The notes under the pieces were generated by a model, which searched no databases, had not been told where the DNA came from, and worked only from the letters and a program-made list of their open reading frames with translations. This document shows, piece after piece, positions 63,861-64,000 of a DNA stretch of 64,000 bases. This DNA is from Raillietiella orientalis. Its lineage: Eukaryota. The stretch covers positions 2,604,001-2,668,000 of the forward strand of contig JAYWIR010000005.1 of the NCBI GenBank assembly GCA_036172245.1. Direction: 5' to 3'. Position 1 is the first letter of the stretch. Every line of letters begins with the position of its first letter. The translations under genes were made by a program, and so were the position numbers.

Positions 63861-64000
63861 GTTATAAGGCATGAGACCATTCTTATTGCAAATCTCATTC
63901 AATTCCGTAGGAGTCTCTGAAGGAAGGTATAACTACTAAGCTGCTGTCTTTGATAATGGGCAGAAAAGTATTTTAAAATGAATACTCCGATGGAGAAGAA

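Noticed and set aside
1..64000. CRISPR arrays, rRNA, tRNA, prokaryotic operons or retron-type systems
   Set aside because: No regularly spaced repeats or recognisable structural RNA genes seen. The DNA is eukaryotic and the RT motifs are non-LTR or Penelope type.

Overview
Eukaryotic genomic DNA with spliceosomal introns, most likely from an arthropod. The one intact host gene is a myostatin/GDF11 (myoglianin)-type TGF-beta ligand on the + strand. It has three coding exons (about 21438-22257, 23454-23857, 25145-25531; about 536 aa), an RSRR furin site and a 109-aa mature domain with 9 Cys, and lies downstream of a long CpG-rich region. The rest is mostly decayed mobile DNA. The first 10 kb is a nested cluster of L1/Tx1-like LINEs (APE endonuclease, RT, zf-RVT), with further copies at 37.6-38.6 kb (16-bp TSD) and 50.9-51.5 kb. 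Four copies share a covarying three-hairpin 3' tail that ends in CCCGG-N5-CCGGG and has essentially no poly(A). Also present: an uncharacterised repeat family with a conserved ATG-AAT start, a 789-bp mariner derivative built from two transposase 3' ends, mariner and Penelope-like remnants, and a CCR4/CNOT6 terminal fragment pseudogene. Weaker, unverified candidates are two RNA-virus nucleoprotein-like endogenous elements and a mitochondrial ND5-like NUMT. All homology calls come from motif recognition by eye; no searches were run.
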